Source of the DNA: Neovahlkampfia damariscottae
Lineage: Eukaryota
Reading direction: 5' to 3'
DNA length: 59,341 nucleotides
Assembly (NCBI GenBank): GCA_016618085.1
Contig: JABLTG010000038.1
Coordinates: 62,001 to 121,341 of the forward strand
The notes beneath the pieces are model-generated. The model saw only the letters and a list, made by a program, of their open reading frames with translations, was not told the DNA's origin and did no database searches. Below, one piece after another: positions 58,571 to 59,341 of the stretch. A program made the translations under genes and the position numbers. The first letter of the stretch is position 1, and each line of letters begins with the position of its first letter.

Positions 58571-59170
58571 ATGACAACAAACAAAGCTGATTTTGAAGCT
58601 TCTTATGAATACATTTCTAAACAACTAGATAATTTAGATAAAAGATTATTCTATCATGGAAAACATCACACCATTGATGATGTACTTCCTTGTGCAATTT
58701 TTTTATGCAAGGAAGAGAATTTAAGTGAAGCTGACACTCTTTTAGTAAAAACAGCTGCATTGTACCACGATGTTGGTTTCTTGGATCAATATGAAAAAAA
58801 TGAACCACAAGGTTGTCAATGGGCACAAAAGTCTCTTCCAAAATTTGGATATTCCAAAGAACAAATTGAACAAATTTGTATCATCATTATGGCAACTCAA
58901 TTACCACAATCACCAAAAAATCACTTGAGTGAAGTCATGTGTGATGCTGATCTTGGTCATTTAGGCTCAAACAAATACTTTTTAAGAGCAGAATCACTTA
59001 GATTGGAATTAGAATCAATGAATGAAAAAGAAATTGATTTGAAAGCATGGAATAATGGAAATATTAAATTTTTAGAAAATCATAAATATTTCACAAAATC
59101 AGCAAACAAACATTTCAAAAGTATCAAAGAATCATGGATTGAAAAAGTTAAAAAGTTAAATCAAAATTAA
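58571..59170 (+). CDS. HD-domain metal-dependent phosphohydrolase
   Basis: YHGKHHT, ALYHDVG, IMATQLPQSP, CDADLGHLG. Confidence 0.92.
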   Translation: MTTNKADFEASYEYISKQLDNLDKRLFYHGKHHTIDDVLPCAIFLCKEENLSEADTLLVKTAALYHDVGFLDQYEKNEPQGCQWAQKSLPKFGYSKEQIEQICIIIMATQLPQSPKNHLSEVMCDADLGHLGSNKYFLRAESLRLELESMNEKEIDLKAWNNGNIKFLENHKYFTKSANKHFKSIKESWIEKVKKLNQN

Positions 59171-59341
59171 ATCCTTTTTTTTTAAGATGAGAGTAATCTA
59201 ATTGATTGATATAAAAAAACTTTGAGTTGGACGAAGATAATCTCAATGAACATCAAAAACAACTTTCAAAAATGTGATTGGATTTATTAAATGTTGGAAA
59301 AGAAATATGAATTTTTTTTTATCAACGATTAAATGTTCCCA

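Overview
Very AT-rich, gene-dense nuclear DNA from a microbial eukaryote. It uses the standard code, has GT-AG introns of about 29-46 nt and very short intergenic spacers. The RGS expansion and gene content suggest a heterolobosean/discoban amoeba (inference). There are about 37 protein genes. Most are housekeeping: SMG9, otubain, Nudix, AUH, DERA, GST, ACADSB, S1/P1 nuclease, AFG1, sideroflexin, UBE2S, Hakai, two CDF transporters, SLU7 and dyskerin. A single dispersed 5S rRNA gene is also present. The most notable content is: (1) a G-protein/cyclic-nucleotide set, comprising four tandem RGS-START-like genes plus a fifth relative, a divergent G-alpha lacking both catalytic residues, an intronless double-CRIB::G-alpha fusion, a kinase-NTPase-GAF-adenylyl cyclase and an HD hydrolase; (2) two related TIR elements (32689-35523 and 56741-57945) with ~19-nt subterminal repeats, one holding a DDE_Tnp_4-like transposase remnant and integrase-like fragments; (3) a ZNFX1 helicase with an RZ finger and an unusual N-terminal Zn domain; (4) a candidate Sm-site ncRNA; (5) a near-universal CCAAT element close to start codons. 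Gene spans include introns, which I inferred by eye. All family calls come from motif recognition, not database searches.
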